The notes under the pieces: model-generated | Database searches by the model: none | Told to the model about the DNA's origin: nothing | Seen by the model: only the letters and a program-made list of their open reading frames with translations | Made by a program: the position numbers and the translations under genes | Shown here: positions 30,390 to 39,814 of the stretch, one piece after another | Layout: every line of letters begins with the position of its first letter | How positions within the stretch are numbered: position 1 is the stretch's first letter | Origin: a bacterium | GTDB lineage: Bacteria > Bacillota_I > Bacilli_A > RF39 > UBA660 | DNA: 64,000 nt | Assembly: GCA_019423565.1 (NCBI GenBank) | Contig: JAHZBE010000001.1 | Coordinates: 65,134 to 129,133, forward strand | Direction of reading: 5' to 3'

Positions 30390-31286
30390 ATGGTGAATGA
30401 TATGGATATAGATGCACAAATAATAGAATATATAAATTATGTTGAAATAGAAAGAGGTCTTAGTAAAAATACAGTTGATGGTTATTATAGAGATCTTGTT
30501 GCTTTTTTTGAATATGTAAAAAAAACATATAAAAAAATAGAAAAAAAAGATATTACAAATTATATAATGTATATTAGTAAAGATAAAAATTCTAAAACAG
30601 TTAATAGACATATAGTATCTATTAGAAATTATTTTAAATATTTATCTAGAAATGGTTTAATTAGTGATAATCCTTGTGATGATATTGTTGGTCTTAAAAT
30701 GCCAAAAACAGTTCCGCATGTTTTAAATGAAGATGAAATAAATAAACTTTTGGATATAAAATGTGAAAATGCATTAGATTATAGAAATAAGGCTATGCTT
30801 GAACTTATGTATTCATCTGGTCTTAGAGTATCAGAATTATTAAGTTTAGAAGTAAATGATATTGATTTTGAAATGAACGCTGTTAGATGTTTTGGTAAAG
30901 GTAGTAAAGAAAGAATTGTACCACTTGATGATATAGCAACTATTGCTTTAAAAAATTATATCAATGTATATAGAAATACACTTTTAAAAAATAAAAGTTC
31001 TAATACATTATTTTTAAATGCACACGGGAATAGTTTATCAAGACAAGGCTTCTTTAAAATACTAAAGGAAATTGCACTAGAAAAAGGAATAAATAAAGAA
31101 TTATCACCTCATACTATAAGACACTCATTTGCGACTCATTTAATTAATCATGGTGCAGATCTTAGAAGTGTACAAACACTTTTAGGACATGAAAATATTA
31201 AAACAACACAAATATATACTCATATATCTAATAATTATGTAAAAGAAAAATATAATGAAACACATCCTAGAAGTAAAAAGATATAG
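30390..31286 (+). CDS. xerD: tyrosine recombinase XerD-like
   Basis: 'YSSGLRVSELLSL', 'HTIRHSFATHLINHGADLRSVQTLLGHENIKTTQIYTH' and an N-terminal SAM-like domain. The start could be 30402. Confidence 0.85.
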   Translation: MVNDMDIDAQIIEYINYVEIERGLSKNTVDGYYRDLVAFFEYVKKTYKKIEKKDITNYIMYISKDKNSKTVNRHIVSIRNYFKYLSRNGLISDNPCDDIVGLKMPKTVPHVLNEDEINKLLDIKCENALDYRNKAMLELMYSSGLRVSELLSLEVNDIDFEMNAVRCFGKGSKERIVPLDDIATIALKNYINVYRNTLLKNKSSNTLFLNAHGNSLSRQGFFKILKEIALEKGINKELSPHTIRHSFATHLINHGADLRSVQTLLGHENIKTTQIYTHISNNYVKEKYNETHPRSKKI

Positions 31287-31356
31287 AATAAGTTAATTGT
31301 AATTTACTAAAATCTAGTGTATAATATGAATAGTAATTAATTGGAGGTTTAAGGTT

Positions 31357-31878
31357 ATGAAAGAAAATAAAAAAGAAGAATATCAAATGAAGTTACAAGA
31401 TTTTAAAGAGTTTAGAAAAGGTAGCATAACTCCTATATATAAAAATCCTTTATCAGAAATCCCAGAACCTGATATGAGACTATATTCTATTGGTAATGAT
31501 TACTTTGAATCTATTGATGAATTATTAAAATATTGCAGAAAAAACCATAAAACTTCAGAAGGATTAACTGTTTTAGATTATTATAAAAATCTTGCAGGTC
31601 GTTCTGATGTAATAAGAGTGCAAAATAATAAACCATCTATAATGTATTCAGCAGTTGATGAATATGGATATGGCATATATAATAATACGATAAGTGCGTA
31701 TCGTGGAAAATTTATATGGGATTATAATTATGGTAATATAAGAAATTTATATAAACCATTTAAAGAAAGAGGAATTGATTTTGTTATTGATGTTTATGGA
31801 AAAATAGATGAAAGAGTAGAAAAAAGACTAAAATATTTTAAAGAACACAATCTGGCTGATATGTGGCAAAATAATTAA
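31357..31878 (+). CDS. hypothetical protein
   Basis: ORF with a GGAGG RBS; no motif recognised. Confidence 0.55.
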   Translation: MKENKKEEYQMKLQDFKEFRKGSITPIYKNPLSEIPEPDMRLYSIGNDYFESIDELLKYCRKNHKTSEGLTVLDYYKNLAGRSDVIRVQNNKPSIMYSAVDEYGYGIYNNTISAYRGKFIWDYNYGNIRNLYKPFKERGIDFVIDVYGKIDERVEKRLKYFKEHNLADMWQNN

Positions 31879-32007
31879 CATAAGATTTATAACTATATAT
31901 AAAAAGCTTTTATGAAATATAAAGTAAATAAATGTAAAGATAAGTGTTAAAAAAATTTACACTTATTTTTTTCTTTTGTATAATTAAATAGTAAGGGAGA
32001 AATTTTT

Positions 32008-33639
32008 ATGAATGATAGATATAATAAATGGTTAAATGATAATGGAATAAGTGAAAGTGATAAAGAAATATTAAAAAATATGACTGAAAAAGAGAAAGAA
32101 GAATCATTTTCTTCTGATTTAGAATTTGGTACTGCGGGTATTAGAGGATTAATGGGACTTGGCTCAAATAAAATGAATAAATATACTGTAGGTAAAGCAA
32201 CTGTAGGACTTGCGAATTATTTAAATAAACATCATAATAATCCAAGTGTAGTAATCGCCTATGACACTAGAAATAATTCAAGTGATTATGCACTTGATGC
32301 TGCTTTAATACTAAATTATTATGGTATTAAAACATATTTATTTAAAGAATATACATCAACTCCAGAACTTTCTTTTGCAGTTAAATATTTAAATTGTACT
32401 AGTGGTATAGTTATTACATCATCACATAATTCAAAAGAATATAATGGTTATAAAGTATACAATAATAAAGGAGGCCAAATAGTGCCTCCAGAAGACGATT
32501 TAATTATAAAAGAGGTAAATAGTTTAGATAACTTTGAATCACTTAAATATGCCCCTAAAAATAATGAATTATTTTATATTACACCAGATGAAGTACATGA
32601 ATCTTTTGTAAAAGAAAATGAGAGAGCAATTATACATAAAGAATTATTAGATAAATATGCTAAGGATATAAAGGTTACATATTCATCACTACATGGTGTT
32701 GGAATAAAGACTGCTAAAGAATTACTTGATAAGTATAAATTTAATTATAATATTGTAAAAGAACAATGCATTTATGATGGTAATTTTACAACAGCACCTG
32801 AACCAAACCCAGAATATGAAAAAAATTATGAACTTGGAATTAAATACGCTAAAGAAAATGATTCAGATATTATTATATTAACAGATCCAGATGCAGATAG
32901 AGTAGGGGCAATGTATAAAGTAAATAATGAATATAAACAAATAAATGGTAACTTAATAGGGGCTTTATTCGCAAATTATATTCTTGAAAATAAAAATATA
33001 ACTAATAATTCATATATGATAAAAAGTATTGTTTCAACTCCTCTTGTTAGTAAAATGTGTGAAGAAAAAGGTATTAAATGTTATGAAGTGTTAACTGGAT
33101 GCAAAAATATAGCAAATAAAAGAAATGAATTAATAGATAAAGATTATTTATTTGGTTTTGAAGAAAGTTTAGGATATATGTTTAATATAAATGTAAATGA
33201 TAAAAATGGATTTTCAAGTATGTTATCCTTTTTAGAGATACTTTGCTACTGTAAAAGTAAAGATATTACTCTTAATGATTATATAGAAAATATATTTAAA
33301 AAATATGGATATTATAAGGAAGAAACTTTATCATTTGTTTATTCAGGATTAGATGGTAAAGATATCATAAATAATTATATGAATTCATTTAGAAATAATA
33401 CAATAAAATTTGATAAAAAACATACTAAAAAAGATTACTTAAACGAAGAAAATGAACTACATACAAATGCATTAAAATATGTATTTGAAGATAATTCATG
33501 GATAATGCTTAGACCCTCAGGAACTGAGCCTAAAATTAAGGTTTATTTAGGTGTAAAATGTGATAATGAAGTATCATCAATAAATGAACTTAATGAATTA
33601 AAATCACAAATTAATGAAATTTTTAAATCACAAGATTAA
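32008..33639 (+). CDS. alpha-D-phosphohexomutase family protein (phosphoglucomutase/phosphomannomutase)
   Basis: Active-site loop 'TSSHNSKEYNGYKVY', metal loop 'DPDADR', 'RPSGTEPKIKVY'. Confidence 0.9.
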   Translation: MNDRYNKWLNDNGISESDKEILKNMTEKEKEESFSSDLEFGTAGIRGLMGLGSNKMNKYTVGKATVGLANYLNKHHNNPSVVIAYDTRNNSSDYALDAALILNYYGIKTYLFKEYTSTPELSFAVKYLNCTSGIVITSSHNSKEYNGYKVYNNKGGQIVPPEDDLIIKEVNSLDNFESLKYAPKNNELFYITPDEVHESFVKENERAIIHKELLDKYAKDIKVTYSSLHGVGIKTAKELLDKYKFNYNIVKEQCIYDGNFTTAPEPNPEYEKNYELGIKYAKENDSDIIILTDPDADRVGAMYKVNNEYKQINGNLIGALFANYILENKNITNNSYMIKSIVSTPLVSKMCEEKGIKCYEVLTGCKNIANKRNELIDKDYLFGFEESLGYMFNINVNDKNGFSSMLSFLEILCYCKSKDITLNDYIENIFKKYGYYKEETLSFVYSGLDGKDIINNYMNSFRNNTIKFDKKHTKKDYLNEENELHTNALKYVFEDNSWIMLRPSGTEPKIKVYLGVKCDNEVSSINELNELKSQINEIFKSQD

Positions 33640-33675
33640 ATATATACATATTAATTTTATGAAAGGAAAAAAAGT

Positions 33676-34305
33676 ATGGAATATGAAATAAGATTTTATT
33701 ACTCTAAAAATAAAAAAAATGATATATTAAATAAATTAGATAAGATAAATAAAATTAAAAATGTAGGCACTTTTTATGAAAAAACAACGCAATATAATTC
33801 TATGTTACCAGGTAATGATTTTTATTCAAAAGAAATAGATGGAAGATATAGAATAAGAATTACAAAAGGTGAAAATGTTTCAAAATGTATGCTTAGTTGG
33901 AAAAGGAGACTACCAGATACTAAAGAAGGTTTAATAAATAAAGAGGAAGAAATAGAATGTAATATTGATCCAAATGATTATGAAAATTTTATTTATTTAA
34001 CTGAAAATATTTTAAAAATGAAACGAGTAGAAAGTTATGAACGATATAGGACAAATTATGTAAATGATAATATAATAATTTCTGTTGATGAATATCCATT
34101 TGGTATTGCTCTTGAAATAGAGGCTAAAACAAGTACAAATCAGGAATCTATTATTGATGAATATATGAAATTACTTGATTTAAACTATGAAGACTCATTT
34201 AGATTGTCATGGGATGATAAATATGAAGAATTATGCAAAGAACAAAATATAACTCAAGTGAATGATGTATTATTTAGTTGTACTGATATGCCCCAAATTA
34301 AATAA
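33676..34305 (+). CDS. CYTH-domain protein (class IV adenylate cyclase/triphosphatase-like)
   Basis: N-terminal 'EYEIRF' (ExExK-like) and a size/pattern compatible with CYTH. Weak assignment. Confidence 0.45.
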   Translation: MEYEIRFYYSKNKKNDILNKLDKINKIKNVGTFYEKTTQYNSMLPGNDFYSKEIDGRYRIRITKGENVSKCMLSWKRRLPDTKEGLINKEEEIECNIDPNDYENFIYLTENILKMKRVESYERYRTNYVNDNIIISVDEYPFGIALEIEAKTSTNQESIIDEYMKLLDLNYEDSFRLSWDDKYEELCKEQNITQVNDVLFSCTDMPQIK

Positions 34306-34343
34306 TTCGGAATTATATAAGATTTAAAAAATTAGGAGGAAAT

Positions 34344-34889
34344 ATGATAAAAGTTATTGCATTTGATTTAGTTGGTGTTCTTGTTAGTGAAAAAGATATT
34401 GAATTATCAGAAGTAGAAGAAAAATTAGAGAGAATGTTTGGTCCAAATTTAAATGATGAAGATTACTTAAAACAAGCAAAAAAAATTGTTGAAAAAGATT
34501 TGGAAGTTATTAATACAACAAAAGTATTGATTAATAAATTATACAAGGTAAAAGATAAAAAAATATTTAAAAAAACAAAAGAAATAAATGAAAATGTAAA
34601 AATTATTATAGCAACTAATCATTTATCTTTTGTGAAAGATTTTATTAAAGAATCTTTTAATATTGACTATTTAGATGATATAATTATCTCTGCTGAAATA
34701 CATAAGATAAAGCCTAATTTAGATTTTTATCAATATATATTAAATAAATATAGTATAGAGTCAAAAGAACTTTTATTCTTAGATGACAATATTAATAATA
34801 TTAATGGAGCTCAAGCGCTTGAGATAAATACAATAAAAATAGAAAAAGATACTAATTTAATTGATGAAATAAGTAAATTTATCTGTTAA
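34344..34889 (+). CDS. HAD-superfamily hydrolase-like protein
   Basis: 'VIAFDLVGVLV' (motif I with the second Asp replaced) and 'LFLDDNINNINGA' (motif IV). Confidence 0.6.
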   Translation: MIKVIAFDLVGVLVSEKDIELSEVEEKLERMFGPNLNDEDYLKQAKKIVEKDLEVINTTKVLINKLYKVKDKKIFKKTKEINENVKIIIATNHLSFVKDFIKESFNIDYLDDIIISAEIHKIKPNLDFYQYILNKYSIESKELLFLDDNINNINGAQALEINTIKIEKDTNLIDEISKFIC

Positions 34890-35024
34890 TGTACATTAAA
34901 AGTTTTATATTGCAATAGTAGAAAATTAAATTTCTACTTTTTTTAATATTTACTTGACAAGATAAGTGTAAATATTATATAATATTCTCATTTGCGATAA
35001 GTGAATGGGGAAGGAGAGTCTAAT

Positions 35025-35465
35025 ATGGATATTAATAAGTACTTTGATAATTACTTAGATATCACAACAAAAGACGGCAAAACAATTCATATAGAAAAAA
35101 AGAATGTTTATATTAATGACTCTTCACAATTCAATGGAAACATTAATATAATACATAAGGGGAACAATATCGTAATATTAAGAGAAGTATATTCATTTGA
35201 TGATAAAAGATTAAGATATTCCTATGATGAATATACTAATCCAAAAATCTATGATACATACGAAAAAGATGAAGATGGTAGTGAAAAACCAATTACCGTA
35301 ATAGAAAGTTATAAAGAAAGAAAAAATAAAATCGGTAGCATAGGGGATATAAAGAGTACAAAAACTGATAGAGATGAACAAGAACAAGTTAAAAGTAAGA
35401 AACCTAAGATTTTACAATTATTAAGACCTAAAGATGATAAAAAATCTGATTTAGCTGCCGCATAA
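35025..35465 (+). CDS. hypothetical protein
   Basis: ATG at 35025 follows GGAAGGAG. TTGACA-18-TATAAT promoter at 34956-34985. Hairpin AAAGCAC/GTGCTTT plus a T run downstream. Confidence 0.55.
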   Translation: MDINKYFDNYLDITTKDGKTIHIEKKNVYINDSSQFNGNINIIHKGNNIVILREVYSFDDKRLRYSYDEYTNPKIYDTYEKDEDGSEKPITVIESYKERKNKIGSIGDIKSTKTDRDEQEQVKSKKPKILQLLRPKDDKKSDLAAA

Positions 35466-35732
35466 TAAATAACATATAAAGCACTTATGTGCTTTTTTCT
35501 TTTAAAAAAATAGGTACAACTCCCCTAGTTAAATTTTTATAAAAAAGGGTAGATATAACTATTAATATAGATCTAAAACAAACTATTATGTTATCTTAAT
35601 ATAATACATTATTAATTACAATTAAGCTATAAATAAATTTACTATAGAATTATATTAATTATCTGTTAACAAAATAATATTAAATAATACATAAATAAAT
35701 TTAATATATAATTAATAATAAATCAGTAAATA

Positions 35733-35763
35733 AAAATATCTCATTATAATAGTGAGATATTAA
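35733..35763 (-). terminator. Rho-independent terminator downstream of the HTH gene
   Basis: ATATCTCA (35736-43) pairs with TGAGATAT (35753-60), followed by TTTTTATTT on the minus strand. Confidence 0.55.
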
Positions 35764-35849
35764 TTACATATATAATATTAGATGTATAATTAATCATATT
35801 TATTTTAAAATATGCTAGTTTACATAATAATTATTATCTGAAATTGCAT

Positions 35850-36617
35850 CTATATTTTTCTAGATTGTATTTCAGCCATCTTTTCTAGTACTTCAGAATA
35901 ATTACTTTCATTTAATTCAGTATAACCAAGTTCTTTTAAAGCTTGTACTTTAGCAGAATTTAATTCTTGCGTTCTAGATAATTTTTCTTCATGTTTTGCT
36001 TCAATTTCATTTGTAAATTTCTTATGCATTTCTAATAGCTTATTTTTAGATGCACCTTTGCTATTATATAATACCATTGCTGAATATAATATACTTTCAA
36101 ATGCAAATTGATTATCCTCTTCAAAAATAAATTCGTTAGGGGAGACGAATCCAGTTGTTTTAGCAACATATCCAAGCATATATTTTATTTCTGGTACATC
36201 TTCTAATACTTGTAAGAAGTAATATAAATATCTATATACTTTTGACATTTGTCCAGTTGTATCATCCTCTAAATTTTCTTTAAGTAAGAATACTATATCA
36301 TTTAATAATGCTTGATCTTTAGCATTTATTCCATCAAATGATATGTTCCCCTTCTCTACTATACCTGAGTTATTATCATTTATTAAATTATTTGCGTGTT
36401 TAATAAAATCATTAGTTATTTTTATATTTTCTATTTCATCTGCTGATTTTATTTGTAATAAATTAAATAATTTCATTTTCTTTTCAAGTGGCCATAAATT
36501 AACATCTTCCATTTCAAGATAATTATAAACCATTTGTCTTGATACATTTAAGTATTTTGCTAACTTAACTTTTGATATTCCAATTTCACTTAATATTTCA
36601 TTTAATCTTTTCATCAT
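35850..36617 (-). CDS. HTH-domain protein (XRE-like N-terminus, unknown ~190-aa C-terminal domain)
   Basis: 'LSEIGISKVKLAKYLNVSRQMVYNYLE' is HTH-like. It is the last gene in the minus-strand string 38013 -> 35850. Confidence 0.65.
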   Translation of the reverse strand: MMKRLNEILSEIGISKVKLAKYLNVSRQMVYNYLEMEDVNLWPLEKKMKLFNLLQIKSADEIENIKITNDFIKHANNLINDNNSGIVEKGNISFDGINAKDQALLNDIVFLLKENLEDDTTGQMSKVYRYLYYFLQVLEDVPEIKYMLGYVAKTTGFVSPNEFIFEEDNQFAFESILYSAMVLYNSKGASKNKLLEMHKKFTNEIEAKHEEKLSRTQELNSAKVQALKELGYTELNESNYSEVLEKMAEIQSRKI

Positions 36618-36705
36618 TGTCTATCTCTCCCTACTCTTCTACTATAATATTATTTTATCATTTTACAGAGAAATGTCAAGTAAAAGTAAAATAAAAAGTG
36701 AATTT

Positions 36706-37278
36706 TTAATCCACTTTGTTTTGAGTATCATCAGTTTCTTTTTTTCCTTCTTCGAAACCTTGACTAACACTTTTAGCAATTGTTCCAGCAGCATCTGCGA
36801 CTGTTGGTGTAATATCATTAATTGTTTCCTTTTTTATAGGCATTGTTTGTTGTGTAGTATATGCTGTTATTTCTCTTCTATGAGCCATATAAGCCATTAC
36901 ACCACCAACAATAAGTAATACAAAACCTGCTGATGAAACAAAACCACCTAATGCATATAATCCAACACTAGTAAATGAATCCATTGAACTATCTGTTCCA
37001 GCTGTTACAGATTCCTTCATTGAATTAACAAATTCTTCACCATCATCATCATTATTAATACTGTTATTGAATGAATCAAATAAATTTGAAGCACTATTGT
37101 TAAATGAATCCATTGCTTTTCTTTCTGAATTTTTAAAATTTACAAATGCAGCTATTATCATTATAATACCAATGACAAGAAGAATTGCACCAATAATTAA
37201 AAGTGTTTTACTTGTTTTTTTAACCTTTTTATTAGTTTCTTGGTATTTTTCTTCACTTAAATACTTTTCTTGTTCCAC
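36706..37278 (-). CDS. two-TM membrane protein, paralog B
   Basis: N-terminal 'KYLSEEKYQETNKK', then TM, variable loop, TM. Conserved tail 'REITAYTTQQTMPIKKETINDITPTVA'. Confidence 0.65.
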   Translation of the reverse strand: MEQEKYLSEEKYQETNKKVKKTSKTLLIIGAILLVIGIIMIIAAFVNFKNSERKAMDSFNNSASNLFDSFNNSINNDDDGEEFVNSMKESVTAGTDSSMDSFTSVGLYALGGFVSSAGFVLLIVGGVMAYMAHRREITAYTTQQTMPIKKETINDITPTVADAAGTIAKSVSQGFEEGKKETDDTQNKVD

Positions 37279-37293
37279 TTTTTCACCAACTTT

Positions 37294-38013
37294 CTATTCA
37301 CTTAATTTATCTTGTGTGTCATTAGATATATTTTTCTGTTCTGTAATACCATTGCTTATACTATTACTTATTGTCTCTGCTGAATTTGCAACTGTTGGAG
37401 TAATCTTCTTTATACTTTCTTGTTTAATTGGCATCATTTGTTGAGTTGTAAATGCTTTGATTTCTCTCTTCTTAGAAATAATATAGAAAGTTAAAGAAAC
37501 AACAATTCCGACACAAATTAAAATAATTCCAATAATTATTACGAGCTTATAATCTTTAGCAACTGCTAAATCATAATAACCTGTATAATCTTTATTATTT
37601 ATTTCATCTGTCTCATCATCTAATGCTTCAATTTTAGAGTAAATTTCACTTGCTTCAGAAGAACATTTTTGTTTATTTGCAAGCCAATTTGAAGCACTCA
37701 TATCTAACGAATTACATTCGTATTGCTTTTCATCATATTGTTTTTTTATTGTTGCTCTTTCATTAACGATTTCTTGTAGTCTTTTTTTTGCTTCTGCTAC
37801 ATTTTGTTTTGATTCGTTGTATGCTGCTTCATATCTTTCTTTATTTAGTTTTTCTGCTTCTTTTTTTGATATATCTGTTGCAACAATACCCGTTGCAATT
37901 AAACCACTACCAATTACTATTGCAATTACAAGTATTATTAATGATATTTTAGTAATTCTCTTCTTTGTTTTTTGATACCATTCTTCATTCAAATATTCTT
38001 TTTTGTTATCCAT
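37294..38013 (-). CDS. two-TM membrane protein, paralog A
   Basis: Same architecture: 'EYLNEEWYQKTKKR', then TM, coiled-coil loop, TM. Tail 'REIKAFTTQQMMPIKQESIKKITPTVA'. Confidence 0.65.
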   Translation of the reverse strand: MDNKKEYLNEEWYQKTKKRITKISLIILVIAIVIGSGLIATGIVATDISKKEAEKLNKERYEAAYNESKQNVAEAKKRLQEIVNERATIKKQYDEKQYECNSLDMSASNWLANKQKCSSEASEIYSKIEALDDETDEINNKDYTGYYDLAVAKDYKLVIIIGIILICVGIVVSLTFYIISKKREIKAFTTQQMMPIKQESIKKITPTVANSAETISNSISNGITEQKNISNDTQDKLSE

Positions 38014-38074
38014 TCATAAACACTTCCTTTCAATTTTAATTATTAATAATTAAATGGATTACTAATATTCTTTT

Positions 38075-38255
38075 TTTTATTATTTTCTCACCATAAACTC
38101 ACTCCTACCCTTATTCTAAATTAAGTATACCATATATTTTAAAAAAATTATCTATAATTCGACACATTTTTTAAAAACTAATCATTTGTTAACAAAAATG
38201 TACAAAAAAATCACATAAAATATGTGACTTTATAAATACCAAAGTTTTTTACCAT
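38075..38255 (-). repeat. terminator-promoter direct repeat, copy A (includes mnmA 3'-end relic and protease 5' relic)
   Basis: Core 38101-38238 differs from 44336-44475 by 2 substitutions and 2 single-nt indels. It contains hairpin TCACATA/TATGTGA (38211-27), TGGTATACT (-10; 38124-32, minus strand), RBS AAGGGTAGGAG, and the relic ORF MVRK* (38094-38080). Confidence 0.9.
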
Positions 38256-38301
38256 CTTTCACTATATCTATATAAACTAAATTTTCATTAGTTTATTAGT
38301 A

Positions 38302-39795
38302 TTAATTTATATTGTCATTATTATTAGTGTTTTTTATAGTTTGTTCATTATTTTTGATTTCAAACAAACTATAATCATCACTTAGTTCTTCACAATCATC
38401 ATAATTAGATTTTTTCTTTTTTTTATTTTTTATAATAAATATAATTATTATTCCTATTACTATAAGACATATAATTAATATTATAACGGGTAAAATTGAT
38501 ATTTTTTCGTTATTTTCAACTTTCGTTGTAATGTTTGTATTTGGAATAGTTGACATAGTTACAAAATATTCAGAAGCATTATCTAAACTAAATTCAATAT
38601 AACCATTATCTAATTTTATTTTATTTTTTAATAAATAAAGTTTATTGTTTCTATATGAATATACATTAACGAAATCATTATTTTCATATTTATTGCCTAC
38701 AAATAATTTTAATTTTGTACCTGAAGGTAAATCATTTTGTTTTAATACTACAAACAATCCATCTGCATAATTAGATAGTTTTAATATATCTTTTTTATTA
38801 TCTGAATCACTGGTAATAATTGTTGATAGATTTGATGTTGTTTTTATTTTTGATCCGTCTATTATCCAACTATATGCTAAACTTTTATCATCATTGTAAT
38901 AATTAAATTTAACTGTCTTTTTGCTATTTTTTATTTTTTCCAAATCTTCTTTAGTAATAATTGTATCAGATTTTATTGTTATATTTATATCAGTAATTTT
39001 ATTATTATTTAATATTGAATCTAAGTCTTCTAAATAATAACCATCTTTTCTTGTTACTTTAATATTAATTTTATTTTGTGAACCATTTTCCGCAGTCACA
39101 ATAATTTCTATATTATTTTCACCAATATTTATATTGTGGTTTCCTGTACCTGTTACCTTTGATTTAGAGTCTTCTGCAGTTGCTTTAACATTAATATTTG
39201 TTATATCATTTGTTACTGATAAAGTATAATTATTTGAGTCAACTTTTATTAAATTATAACCATCAACTGATATATTCTTAATATTATTATTTTTAGATTT
39301 ATTGTCACCATCATTTTGAGTACTATTTTGTTTATTATTGTTATTATTTGTTTGATTATTATTAGTATTATTGTTATTACCTGGTTGTGATGGTGTTGGA
39401 GATGGAGCTGGGGCAGGTTTTTGTGAAACACTTACACTTCTGCTTCCTGATACAGATACAGCATTACCATCAGAAGCAGATGTTACATCCCCACTCAATC
39501 TAATTACAATTGTTCCCTCACCTGTTGCTGTGCATGTTGCACTGAATGATCTATTTGTATCAAGCGCATCAGCAGATGCATCAGCTTGATGTATGGTGCA
39601 CCCACTTACTGGCCCACTTGCTGTTACATGCACATTCCAAGCAGCAGATGAAGTGACATACAATGATACTGTAAAACTATCACCAACATATACGTTTCCA
39701 GAACTAACTGATATGCTACTAGATGCTGCATAAACACTTGTATTAAATGCAAACATTGATATTAAAGATATCAATAAAATTTTTATCTTTTTCAC
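38302..39795 (-). CDS. cell-surface protein: signal peptide, cohesin-like N-terminal domain, N/P-rich linker, cadherin-like beta-sandwich domain, C-terminal TM anchor
   Basis: 'MKKIKILLISLISMFAFNTSVYA' is a signal peptide. 'ISVDGYNLIKVDSNNYTLSV...GENNIEIIVTAENGSQNKINIKVTRKD' matches the cadherin-like fold. TM 'ILPVIILIICLIVIGIIIIFII' is followed by KNKKKKK. Confidence 0.75.
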   Translation of the reverse strand: MKKIKILLISLISMFAFNTSVYAASSSISVSSGNVYVGDSFTVSLYVTSSAAWNVHVTASGPVSGCTIHQADASADALDTNRSFSATCTATGEGTIVIRLSGDVTSASDGNAVSVSGSRSVSVSQKPAPAPSPTPSQPGNNNNTNNNQTNNNNNKQNSTQNDGDNKSKNNNIKNISVDGYNLIKVDSNNYTLSVTNDITNINVKATAEDSKSKVTGTGNHNINIGENNIEIIVTAENGSQNKINIKVTRKDGYYLEDLDSILNNNKITDINITIKSDTIITKEDLEKIKNSKKTVKFNYYNDDKSLAYSWIIDGSKIKTTSNLSTIITSDSDNKKDILKLSNYADGLFVVLKQNDLPSGTKLKLFVGNKYENNDFVNVYSYRNNKLYLLKNKIKLDNGYIEFSLDNASEYFVTMSTIPNTNITTKVENNEKISILPVIILIICLIVIGIIIIFIIKNKKKKKSNYDDCEELSDDYSLFEIKNNEQTIKNTNNNDNIN

Positions 39796-39814
39796 TTTTT
39801 ATTCCTCCTAATTT

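Noticed and set aside
35466-35849. 380-nt gene-free, extremely AT-rich stretch with 13-nt direct repeats ATAAATAAATTTA (35630-42, 35691-703).
   Set aside because: Short A/T-only repeats are expected by chance at this composition. There is no array periodicity (not a CRISPR or iteron series), and the only clear structure is the terminator at 35733-63. It may simply be the right-hand junction of the accessory module.
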